A DNA stretch of 52,630 bases, the filler included, from Jimgerdemannia flammicorona (taxonomy: Eukaryota), in the NCBI GenBank assembly GCA_003990765.1. It is 2 parts of 2 records of this genome, joined end to end, with 100 filler letters (N's around TTAATTAATTAA, not from the genome) between each part and the next. Parts side by side here need not be neighbours in the genome. Positions count along the whole stretch, not along the records: positions 1 to 26,268 come from RBNJ01000742.1; 1 more part is not named here. One strand, written 5' to 3'. Made by a program: the position numbers and the translations under genes. Below, piece by piece: positions 10,801 to 23,037 of this stretch (positions are counted from its first letter, which is position 1; each line of letters begins with the position of its first letter). The notes below the pieces were generated by a model, which was not told the origin of the DNA, ran no database searches, and saw only the letters and a program-made list of their open reading frames with translations.

Positions 10801-13800
10801 CATGTGATCCCTCTTTTGAAGTTCCAACCTCTTGGCGTGGTCAATGCTTTGATTGACTGCGTATTGGAGTATTTGCCTAGCATTTTGGCAAAATATAACC
10901 ATGACGTCCTTCAGCATCTCCGTGATCTTCGATTCGTTACCGTCGGCTCTATTTCTGGTGCTTCGAGCGGCAAGATACTTCCACCCACTGAAATATTCGA
11001 CAAGAATTCCGCCTTGAAAGATATCTTTATACCGAGCGAGGAAGTGTTCCCCATCGGGAAGTATGCCGCGAAGGACGTGATGTTTCAACTTCACACATTG
11101 GGTATGAACAAGGAACTCAATTGTAAAATTATCATCGATCGCGTTACATTCTATGCCAACAATTGGTCCCAAAACACGGAGCATGGACAAAAAAACATTC
11201 ATAAGGCCGCAATGGATTTTCTCCAGGCGCTCGATCGATGTTATTCGAACGTGAAGGCGACTCAAAATCCTAGCGATGTCGAAGAGATGGATGGAGTGCT
11301 ATCTAGCAAACAATGGATTCCAACGACTCAAGTAATTGGCGGTGCAGAGAAGTTGATGCTGTCGACTGCCGACAATTCCCGTGACAGAAACGACAAACAT
11401 TTAGTCTCAAAAGTTACGCCAATACTGGATTATTCTGTGAAACCAGATATTCGTCGCTTGCTAGGATGGGATAGAGATCCACCGATAGAGGTTGTGGTCC
11501 AGCAACTTTGGGCTTTGCTGAGACAATACACATCAGATGCGGCGCACGAAATTCCGAGAAACTTGGAGACAGTGTTCGAGCACCTTAACGAAATTGCAAA
11601 GAAAGGTGAGGATTCGAATATCGATCACCTAAGGAGAACCTTGCAAAACGAGGAATGGATTCCGGTCGACGGAAAACTCTACAGTCCGTCACAAGTGACG
11701 CTTTCAACTCCACCAAGGCTAGATTTGAAACCGTACGTCATGACCATCCCAAATTCGATTGGAAAATACGGAACGCTTTTCGAATGCTTTGGAGTTCCGA
11801 GTGTCCTCAATACACCGCAGTTAATCAAGATATTGCAAAACGTGAAAAACGTTGTGAAGGAGAACGAGTTGACAAAATCGGACTTGGAACTTGTGATGGA
11901 TCTTATTACGGTGATTGCGCAGGAAGGCCAGGGCAACATCAAAACCTATGGCGATCTGTTCGCGCCGTCGGATACCAACATCCTTACGCAAGTTTCTTTG
12001 CTGACATTTAACGACATCAACAAAGTCCGGCAATCGCCTTCTGAACACTTCTTTTGGAGCCACCAGCTAGTGTCACGCTCTATTAGCGAAAAACTCGGGA
12101 TACAACTTTTGAGCGGAAAATGGATGTATCGCGCTGAAAACGAGACCGAAGCCTGGGAACAGGAAGAGACATTAACAACATGCATCAGTAACCTTCTCAG
12201 AGATTATCTTGACGATGCATTATTCCGCGAATTTTTACAAAACGCTGATGACGCAAAAGCAAAAAAATTTTATATCGTCTTTGAACCGAACAATCCTCCG
12301 TTTGAGGATTTTGAAACCCTTATATCGGAGGAGATGAGGTCGTGGCAAGGCCCCGCACTGTGGCTATACAACGACGGTGAATTCAGTGATGCCGATTTTG
12401 AAGGATTAAGAAAAGTTGGCATCGGTGGTAAGAAGGCGGCTGATGGCATTCGAATTGGCAAGTTTGGCCTTGGCTTTCTAGATTGCTACCATTTCACAGG
12501 TAAATGTATAAATATATTTTCTATAAATGCCAAACAAAAAAAAAAAAAAAGCCCGCAAGAATTGTTTCTGATATACGCTTATCATCATTTATAATTCAAA
12601 CTGGCTATTTATAGATCTTCCGTCAGTTGTAAGCGGAAGCCACGCCATTTTCTTCGATCCCCACCAAAAGTATCTCCCAAGCCGAGATAGTATCAACAAA
12701 CCAGCAGGTCTCATTACAAATTTTGTCAAAGGAAATTTCGAAGACCAGTTTCGGCCATATACTCGCCTGTTTGATTTCGACATGGCGAAGCCTTTCAAGG
12801 GGACGCTGTTTCGACTCCCACTTCGAACGCAGGAGCTTGCTCGCGAAAGCAAATTAAGGAAGATATTTTACCACCCAAATCAAATCAGACGGCTACTCGA
12901 AGAATTCCAAGTTGAAGCCTTCCGCGGAGCCTTGCTATTCCTCAAACATGTCGTGGAGGTCGAGGTGTCCGAGTTAGGGCCCGACGGAAACATGACCTCG
13001 CTTTGGAGAGTAGCAGCGGAAGGATTGACCGACGATGTCAGACGCCAACGAATGGAGGAGGATAAAAACAAGGAGTATACGACCAACTTCTGTATGAATC
13101 TTCGACTCTCCGTGCAAGGGAAAGAGGATGAAACGGAAAGATGGTTGATTAGCACAAACTTTTCGAAACACAATATGGATAATGCAGAGTTGCAGAGTAT
13201 GGTGGAATTCAATGGTCTTGTCGCCCATGTTGGCATAGCCAGTATGCTCGGAACCTCACGTGAAGATTTGTCAGAACCCGCGAATAGCCTCTTCGCCTTC
13301 TTGCCTCTACCGATAACGACCAAACTCCCCGTTCATCTACACGGGTGCTTTGCCCTGACAAGCGATCGCCGGTCCCTTCTCTCACACCAAAGTAGCGCAA
13401 CCGCCAATCTTGGAACTAATTACGGGCGAAGCCAGAGTTATCTCGGTAGATGGAATGAGTACCTTCTCCGAGAACGATTACCGAAAATTCACCTGCAATT
13501 CCTTCAAGAACTCAAACTTTTGGTGTCAAACGAAGATTCTTTGACGGACGACGTCTCATTTAAACATTATTATTACTATTGGCCACAGAATGTCGAAGGC
13601 ATGTTTAACGATTATTATGGAAAGTTTTACGGTGAGGTCATGCAGAGCGGAGATCTTTTTTACACCCGGAGCAACCGCGGACAATGGATCAGCTACCAAG
13701 AGGCAGTATTCGAAGACCAAAAATTAGGTTACTCTGCCATCGAGAAAGAGGTCTTAAAACTCGTCAGCAATTTTTTAATTGGACGTAGCATCAACGTTGT

Positions 13801-16588
13801 TCAACTTCCTTTCGGGATATTGAGACACTTGCCTAATCGTCAAATAATCACGCCCGAGCTTGTCCGCGACAACATCCGGAACGCCAACAAGGCGTTTGTA
13901 GAGAAAATGGAGAAGGATGTCTTCATCGCCTTCTTCGAATATCTCCTAAGAGACAACGCCATCGCAGAGCTTAACGGATGCACTATTCTACCGCTCATGG
14001 ACATGTCATTTGGCACGTTCAGAAGGGAGCAACTTCCATTTTACATTGCGAGCGAGGAAGTAATGGCAGTTTTTCCCAATCTCTCATCACGCTTCGTGAA
14101 CCCAGGGAGGATCTCAACACCTATTATCGATAAACTTACCTCTGAAGAGGCAACTGAAGAGCTGAATGTCGAAATCGTGGACCACAATGTTTTCGTTCGA
14201 CTGGTTTCCGAAATGTTGCGCCCTGGAGATCGCTTGGTTTACGATCGTAATGGGACTAAAATCAACGACGTGTGGCTTGACAAACTTTGGGATTATCTGG
14301 ATGCGACGAAAGGTATCAATATGACAGCCTTCGCCAATATTCCAATCCTGCCGACCATCGGACCAAACGGAATGCTGGTCTCTTTGAACCCAAAGCTGCC
14401 TCTGCTCTATGAAGACTACCGTAAATCCAATATTAACGCGATTTTGACCAAAACTGGTACGCACCTCATCGACAAGCGCTATTCCAGCCGATTGTCCAAA
14501 ACTGTACTGGGATTCTCCGCGACGAATGTACTGAAATGCATACAATTGGCGAGCACAAAGGCGAAATGTTCCATCGAGGAGTTGCTGTTGCCGATAAGTG
14601 ATATTGAGCGGGACACTCTGAGGACCTTCCTCCAGGGAAACGATTATGATTTATTCGATTCACAAAGCGATCGTTCCTCTGAAACGATAGAGATCCTCCG
14701 TCAGCTGCCTATTTTTCCCGCTTTTACGTCCTCCTTGAAAGTTGTCTACAAACCCGCGATGGATTGCTACCATTTGCCGGACGATCTTTCGGTGTTTTCA
14801 GTGCGGTCCGGAATGGCTATCCTTTGCAAAGATCACACTGACCGCAAGTTTACGGCTGAAATCAACATTCCCGAACTGTCGGTTCTGGAACACTTAAGGG
14901 ACAATGTCCTCCCGTTGCTCAAAAACACACTCCCAGTTGCCAAAATCGACGAATACCAGACGTTCCTCTGCAAGGTTCTCAGTTACGTGGAGAAATCACC
15001 ACCGCTGTGCGAGATGCTAAAACAGCACCGGATCATCCCGAGCAACGAGAGACCCAACTGCAAACTTTTCAAAGCTTCGGAGCTGTACGATGAAAGGCAC
15101 CCGGTGTTTGCGGCCGTGTTTTCCAGAGCGGGAAAGTTTGTTGCGAGTAATGTCAAGACATTTTCCTCGGCGCTTACAAACCTTGGACTCAAAGCTGAAC
15201 CCAACGGATTAACGTTCATTGAGTGTGTAGACGAGGTAGTTCGCCTTTCTAATCTCGGGCAGGGTCGACCTCCAGATTACCTGGACCGGGCTGGGCATGT
15301 GGCCAATCACTTCGCCGTCAACTTTGGCTCAAGCTTTACACTAGAACCCATCCAGCTCTCCCACCTCGTTACGCAAAAGTTTATCCCCGTCAATACCATG
15401 GCCTTTGGGGCGTTACCCCCATTTGCACGTCAATTCCTTCCCTCCTCCCCGCTCACCTCCCTCTCCAAACTCTGTTTAAAAAAATATCGGAAAGTCGTAT
15501 GGACACAACGCCCCATCTTCGACGACTCCCTAAATAGCCCATCCCATTTCGTTCTTCATCAAATTCCAAGTCTCTGTGATCCGCCCGTTGATGTCGTCCT
15601 CGACCACCTCCACTGCCTATCCCACACGGTTTCTCAGAAATGTTATGGGTATCAGGCCGAATTCCGCCGTTGGCTTGGGGAAACATACCTTTTCCTCCTG
15701 GACCACTGCGACGACCCTGAATCCGAGGCCAAAATGCGCAAACGTTTTTTGTGTCTAACTCCCTTATTTTTGAACGGAGACGACCCCACGAATCGCCAAA
15801 ACTGGAAGCCAGCCAAACACCTTGTAATTGGCGAAGACTTCGATATCAACCCGCAGATGCTGAAAGTTCACGATTTCCTGCATCGTTTCGAGAAGCTTTT
15901 GCTCCTGGGCGGCGCAAAACGCGTTGATTCTCCTTCGCTGGAACCGAAACCGGACCCGAATCAACTTTCTGACGCGGAACTCGTCCGCCTCAGGTTCGTC
16001 GAGTTTCGCCACCGCAATGACGCCGTCGTCACTGGGTACAACGATGTGGTCTTCCTCGTTGGCGGCTGTCGGTTCCCAGCCTCGCGGATCCTCCTCGCCA
16101 TGACCAGCGACTACTTCAAAACATTGTTCCTTCCTAGACTTCCTGATATGAATGAGACCCGCCACGAAAACTTCCCCATAGAGATTGAGGTGCCGGACGT
16201 ATCGTCCACTGCCTTCCGCATCATGCTCGACTACCTCTATACTGGCGAGCTTATCATCACGCCCGAGGACATTGCCAAGGACAACGAATTTGAGGAGAAA
16301 AACCCTCGTCGTCAGCTGCGATTGTATCTTGACTTGCTCAAGCCTGCGAATATGTACGCACTTGATCCCCTCAAGAATGTGATTGAATCGCGAATCATGA
16401 ATGGTAGGATGATCAGAGTCGATACCGTGCTGGAAATAGAACAGTATGCCGATCAGTATCACGCCCAAGAACTTTGCAATGTTTGCCGACAGTTCAAAAA
16501 GAAAAATGAGGAATTGATCGTGATGGCACATGGGCCGTTGGCAATCGATTTGGACGAGGTGCAGGTCAACATCGTGCAGGGGGATTAA
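7898..16588 (+). CDS. Sacsin-like protein with two sacsin repeat regions (GHKL/Hsp90-like ATPase) and a C-terminal BTB/POZ domain; ~2,829 aa; exons 7898-8068, 8155-12499, 12615-16588
   Basis: Repeat 1: [55 protein letters not shown]. Repeat 2: [99 protein letters not shown]. Both GT-AG introns preserve frame (8,490 nt total). Confidence 0.92.
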
Positions 16589-18349
16589 GTATTTTGATTT
16601 TTTTGATTTTTGATTTTATTATTTATTTATTTTATTATCTTATTATTTTATTTATTTATTTTTATTTTTATATGTTCACATATTTTGCTTATCCAGTTTA
16701 GTTTCATGTTCATATTTCCCTGTCTGTTTATTAGTAGTTTCTACTTACATCTATTATTTCGAAACAGATACAAAAATTCGAAATAAAGATTCGGAACATT
16801 CCATTCTAATGCCATCTTGAGAGTGACATCTATGTCAAAAGCAAATTTGCATCATAAACATATATTGATTCAACATTCGTCTAGTTAACATCACTTCTCC
16901 TTAACCGTGCAGACGACCAAGTGAGCCTAGTGACTGTATTGTGTGAGACTCTCGAACTAAGAAGTCCTCTGTTGTGATTATATGGTTCTTGACAAAGAGC
17001 GGCATTTTTATTGATATTAAAGACACAAACCTGATGACACCACATAATGACGTTTTACATTGATTACGAGTTGTATAACTCAACATCCTCCATTCTCACA
17101 TATCTTGCCTTTCTGAAAGACACTGCTGCACCTTCTCTTATTGAATCCCAACCTCCTGATACAGCATCGTTCCTAGTTCGGCTCAAAACCGTTGCATCCG
17201 AGCCCAAGTTCAATCGGTAGGGATATCCATCATCTTTGTTGTCCCTCGTCGTGCAAACCTTTCCTTGTACCCCACTTCGTGAACTTGGGGTCCTCCACCC
17301 ACTTGCGATGGGGAGCATCGCGACGGTGCCAGCGGATGAAGAAAACGCCACCGCGTGGGGAAAGGGAGGCGGATCTGGTATGTCTTCGTCTGTTTGGGTT
17401 TGGTTGTCACATATGTTGCCAGTCAGGCTTTCGTCCTCGAAAGAGCTCACAGGTCGCAATCTCTTACCACCTCCTCACCACAATCTTGACCACCCTCGGT
17501 GTGTCAAGCAACCAGAGCGAACCGTACGTTTTGTTTGTCAGTAGGGGTACAACAATGGTAATGGTGGGCGCTATGCAGGGTTGATATGCTGAATCGGTGA
17601 CATGTGAGGAGTGGGAAATTAAGGAGAATGTCAAAGAAGACAGGAGATGGGTAAGGGATGTTTAGCCTACTTTTGTTGTAACTTGTTGCTTCATTAAAAT
17701 TTTGCTGCCCATGAAGAAAATGAATATATTTGCTCAGGCGTTGTCCTGCTCAGAGTGCTTGATGAGAGTTTAGGAGTGTGTATGTTCAAATCGAAAAAAT
17801 AAATAAAATAAAATAAAATAAAAAAACACAGGGAGGTTGACAAGTGGTATGAAGGGACGTTCGCCAGAAATATGACATATCTGGAGCGATGCTTGCATGG
17901 CGAAGGGATGAAAGGTCGCGTTGCAAGCTATTCTGTTTTCATTGTGAGGATATTTTTGTATTTGCACGTTTGGGAGATAGGTAGCAATCGCTGCGTGCTC
18001 GGATCGTTTGTCCAACTGACAAACATGTGGACTGGAAAAGGTCTGGCGCATTCCACAACACCGGGTGGTGGCCTGTAGGGATTGTTGTGCATGTCTCATT
18101 TTTGTCACGAGTTGACAAATATAATGTTTTTTGTCAATTCTTGCACACCACGCTTTGTGAGGGCCGCTGCCGCAGGCATGTGGAAAGGTTCACATTTGGT
18201 ACAAGTTGAACATTGTGGCTGTTATTGAGTGGATATGTCAAAAACGAATTCATAGTACATTGCAATTGGTTCTGTCAATTCTTTTGGAACCACCTAATAT
18301 CTCTGAAAGATGAGAAAATTTTGATATATATATTGAATATCATCATTTC

Positions 18350-21134
18350 ATTATCTATAAAAACCACTTTGAATCTGAGAATATCAAAAAGATGAATTTC
18401 AAGAGCTATTATAAGAATTAAAAAGAGACTCTCAGAACTATTGAATCTGCTCTCATAGATCTAAACTCTCTTAATAAGAAAAAGGTAAACTTATCTTTTA
18501 AAAAAAAATAATAATAAATACCATTGAGATTACAACTTAATATATAGATATATAACTTTATGTTATGTGTATTCTTTTATATCAATTTGATATCATCTAT
18601 CAATTATAATATATAAAATATATTATATTATATTATCAATAAATTATTTCTTCAATTTGATCTTTTGAATTTCTATAATAGATATCTTAAGAAATCTAAA
18701 TATTTTAAGAAGTTAAGTAAATTCAAAGTAGTTACTATATTGTCTAAAGATATATCTCTTAACTCTACTAATTATTCAAAACTTAAGATAAAAAAGCTAT
18801 ATATATCTAAAGATTCAGATTTCTCAATATTAATCAGAAGGAGCTATTAGACTTAATTTAATCTCAGTTAAATAAGTTATCATTATTAACTCTATTAATT
18901 AATTAGAACTTAAGATCTAAAAGCTTTATTTAAAAACTCAGATTTCTGAATATTATCAGAATAAGTTACTATATGTACTTAATCTATACTTAGTCAAATA
19001 AGTTATTACTTTTACTTAAGAAAGAAATCTAATATATATCTATATATTAGAATTATAGTTTAATATTCAAAAAGTCACTATAAGAATTATATCAAGATTA
19101 TAACTCAGTATTAATTATTATTTAAATATTAATACTAATATTATAGATCTAGATTATTATAAATAAGTTTAAGTCTTACTTACTAATAAAAAGAATAAAG
19201 ACTATATAGTCATATAGCTCCTTTCTCTGCTACCTTACCAGTCACAAGGTTTGGTAGACAACCTTCCAAGTCCCCTTTTCTCTATTATTACCCCTCTACC
19301 TTAGGTTGGTTTACTGTGCCTATATGGACATAGTGAGAGAAGGGCAATAGTGATAAGTTGCCCCTTTATCGGTGTCAGATTGGTGTCTTCTTCACTTTTT
19401 CATAGATTCTGATACCTTCAGCTATATCTGGGGTGTACCCGTTTTGGTGCAGTATCTTCTTTCTTTTGCCATTACCAACAAGGTATTGTCTCAGTATATC
19501 ATGGATTATATAGAGAGTCAGCTGATCTTGGGCATCAAGTGCCTAGTATAGGTTATCTGCAGGTCCTCAGTACCTATAGTGGAGCCCTCTGACTTTGTTG
19601 AGCTTCCTGGTGAGTGCAGTTCTGATATAGGTGACTGTTTTTCAGGTGTTGTTGGGATGGGAGAGGAGATGCCCATCATAAATAGGAGGATATATGATTA
19701 TGATAAACCAGTAGGGTGCTAGGCTGGGGGTAGTTATTAAGGCTGGGGTGAGTGCTGCTTCGGGGGGGCCTTTTGATTAATGTAGAGTAGTTAGATAGAT
19801 ATCACTCTTGGCTTCTTTTGGCAATTTGGTGGGTTGAGCCCCAGTCATTGGGGGGGATTGGGGGGCCTGAGTCTACTCATTTCAGGCATCTTGGCTGCAC
19901 TCAACTGGAACTGGGAGCTGATATAGTAATATAATCAAGGCCTACAGACTTGAGTAGTGGGGTATTGAGAGTCTCCTCTTATCTCACATATAAGTTCTCT
20001 ATTTATCTCATCTGAGAGAATCAGGCCCTACCCACTATAATGTACTTTGATGAGAGTTTTTTCTTTATCTATCATTCTCTTTGGGGTGGCAGAGGCTATT
20101 CTATTTGGCTCAGATATGGTCTCATACATATATTGAGGTCTTGGGCATATACTTTTGGTCATTGGCATATGGCTGAGTTCTCCCTGATAGTAGGGAGAGC
20201 ATGGTGTACAGAATGAGGTACAGGCCAACATAGGCCCTACTGTACCTAGCATGATTGAGCTGCTGGACAATAGCTAGTTTAGATTAATGGAGAGACAGTG
20301 CTTAATGAGTAGTTGGGGAGGGTTTTGGCCTATATAGTCTAGGTTTCCTTCTAATAAAAATCTGTGAGACTCTGAGTCTGTAAAATAAAAACAAAAAACA
20401 AAAAAACTATATAGTCAAAAAAGAAATCCAAATTATATAAATAATTTTAAAAAAAAGTAAGTTAACTTAAAATTACTAAAGTTAAAGAACTATTTTCAAC
20501 TAAGTAAGATTAGAATTAATTTAGTAATATTAATTAAGCAATAAGTTTATCTAAGAACTAAGTATAGGACAAACTTATCTTCAAGTATCTAGTTAAACAA
20601 AAAGAAGTTTATATACTCATTAATAGTAGAGCTGTTATAAATTTTATCAATAAAAATCTTATTAAAAATATTTAGATTCTTATTAAGTTTATACTCAAAA
20701 ATAATAAAGTAGTTATTACTAATAATATACTATATCAAATATAATTAAATATTACTAAACTATTAATTAATATATAGAAATAATATAAATAAGTAAACTT
20801 TGAGATAATATTACTTAAAGATTATAATTTGATCTTTAAAAAACTCTGACTTATTTATTATAACTTATATATTAATTGATATAAAAATAAAGTTACTTTA
20901 CTTTAAGATAAAGTTAATAATATTATCAACTATAAAGATTTAAATTACTACTCTGTTTATTATATAATATAAAAAAATATATAGTTAAGAAAATAATATA
21001 TATTTTTATTATTATTGTTTAATTTAAAATAAATTAAATTAATAAAAACATCAAATTATTACTAAAAAATTTAAAATAATATCATCTCTAATAAACTATC
21101 TAACTTATAATTTATTCAAAATATAATATTTTAG
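18350..21134 (+). mobile_element. Extremely decayed (AT-rich) Ty3/Gypsy remnant, older relative of the element at 21135
   Basis: 20520-21110 aligns by eye with 23020-23640. Example: ATACTCATTAATAGTAGAGCT vs ATTCTCATAGACAGTGGAGCT (protease LIDSGA). TTTAGTAATATT vs TTTGGCAGCACT (dUTPase FGST). Confidence 0.6.
19213..20405 (+). mobile_element. ~1.2-kb poly(A)-tailed non-LTR retroposon, copy 1
   Basis: TSD ACTATATAGTCA (19201-19212 / 20406-20417). AATAAA plus A-rich tail. Colinear with 48110-49292. Confidence 0.8.
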
Positions 21135-21525
21135 TGTAGTTTATTTCTTTTCTTTATCTTTCTTCAATATTCTACAACCTTTCAGTATTTTTCAAATACT
21201 TAGAAATTCTTTCTTAGTACTGAGCATCCTCTAGTACTTATTTAGCTAGTCACTGAATATTCTAGAAACTTATAGAACTTTATTTGTCATTATTTGTCAT
21301 CTTTGCCAAGAACTTTCCTCTTGGCATTTTCCTTTGATTTCTCAGATCCTTCTGGATTCTTCTTTTAGATCTTATATAAATATCCCCTTTGTTCTCATAA
21401 ATAAAGTCTCAGAATATTTTCTCTCAGAAATTCTTTGAGAACACTTGAATCCTTAAGTATCTCTTCAAGCTACTTAGAACCACCAGAACTAGTCACTTCC
21501 TCATTTAGAAACTAGAACCATTACA
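21135..21525 (+). repeat. 5' LTR of family 1 (391 bp)
   Basis: TGTAGT...ATTACA. TATATAAAT at ~21373, AATAAA at ~21399. PBS TGGTAGTAGCAG at 21528. Confidence 0.8.
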
Positions 21526-22624
21526 CTTGGTAGTAGCAGTTAAGTTACACCTAGCCTTATCAAGACACCTCTCAAGATATCAGTCACAACACTATAGAGG
21601 ACAACAGGTGGAATCCTTTATACAGTACCTATGGTCCAGGCAATGCCTCATACAATCAGCAAGAAGAGGAGAAACAGCAAAACCCTACTCAGTCAAACAG
21701 AGCCATCAAGAGTCTTTTGCAGACTATATTAGCTCAGATTGCTCAACTATAAGAATATATAGAAAGAAAGGAAAGTAAGGCCTCTGCTCATATCTCTACA
21801 CTACTACTGACATCAATACATCTGACAGCAGTTACTATCAAGCCTCAGAAGTCTGACACTTTTGATGGTCAAAGAGAAGAACTGTCTACCAATGCCTGGC
21901 TTTTCCAATTGAAGCAATATGGAGAACTGAACAATTTGAAAGAAGCCATACTAGTCTAATTCACTGCCACACTCCTCTGAGAGAATTCTGCCATCTGGTG
22001 GTGAAATCATATCTAGAATATCAGATTCTCTGGCCAAATCAAGACCTGGGGCAAATTCTCTGATACTATTCAAGGCCAATTCAAACCAGTCAATAGCACC
22101 AAGGCCATGTGGGATCATCTGGCAAATGTCAAACAACTCAAGTCTATACAAGCATACAATGTACAATTCCTGTCAATTCTGCTAGAATTACCACATGTCA
22201 CTGAAGATGAGAAGGTCAACAAGTATATCCAAGGCCTAAAAGGTCAAATCTGAGTTTGTGTTGAACTAGAAGAACCCAAAGACCTAGATATGGCAATAAA
22301 ATTGCTGATAGGTTTGATATCATCACCTATGATCACTGCTTTGAATAGAAGAGACTATCTTTCAACAACAACAACAACCACAGAAGGGAGGAACTCAAAG
22401 TCAGAACTGTTGGACCTGCCCCTAAGGACCTAGACACCATCGACAAGAACAAGAAAGACAAGCTTACACCTGAGGAAAAGGAGTGCCTCAAGAAGGCTGG
22501 AGTCTACTTCTTTTGCTATCAGCCTGGTCACATTGTAACTAAATGTCCCAAGAAAACTGCTGAACCAAAGAGGATCCTGGTCCTGTCCAAAGACACTCAA
22601 GGTCAACTAGTTGAATAAGAAGTT

Positions 22625-23037
22625 GTACTCAATTTCATGTGAGTCAATTCCAAGACCTAGATCCCTTAAGCACAGTCAGAAGGAGTCATTGGTTTGGACC
22701 TTCAAGCAGTACAACAAGTTACTATTCTGGCACATAAAAGAAGGCTCATTCCAACTGGCCTTTCAGTTAAAATCTCCAAGGAACATTATGCAAGAATTGT
22801 ACCAAGATCTGGCCTCAGTCTTAAGCACTCATTAGATGTTGGTGCTAGAGTCATTGACCCTGACTTCTGAGGTAAAATGCAAGTCCTGCTAGTCAACCAC
22901 AAGAACCAACCATATACTGTCAATGAAGGAGACAGAATTGCACAGCTCATTCTGGAGCGAGCCACCCTACCAGTCATCAAAGAAGTCACCAAGCTATCTT
23001 CAATTAAGTAAGATCAGAAAGGCTTTGGCAGCACTGA
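22625..23037 (+). pseudogene. dut: Retrotransposon-borne trimeric dUTPase domain (family 1)
   Basis: All five motifs visible: IGLDL, RIVPRSGL, ARVIDPDF*G, GDRIAQLIL, KGFGSTD. Confidence 0.88.

Noticed and set aside
8540..16531. Numerous antisense and alternative-frame ORFs inside the sacsin gene and TEs
   Set aside because: Shadow ORFs of real coding frames.
8209..16588. Two separate genes (1461 aa and 1268 aa ORFs)
   Set aside because: A 115-bp GT-AG intron (12500-12614) joins them in frame within the conserved YHFT-DLP motif.
17064..17584. Small ORFs downstream of the sacsin-BTB gene
   Set aside because: No recognisable domain, no clear start or splice structure, and overlapping ORFs on both strands. 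Cannot be supported.
6030..18350. Sacsin-BTB island as cargo of a giant DNA transposon
   Set aside because: No terminal repeats, TSD, recombinase or transposase found at the boundaries.
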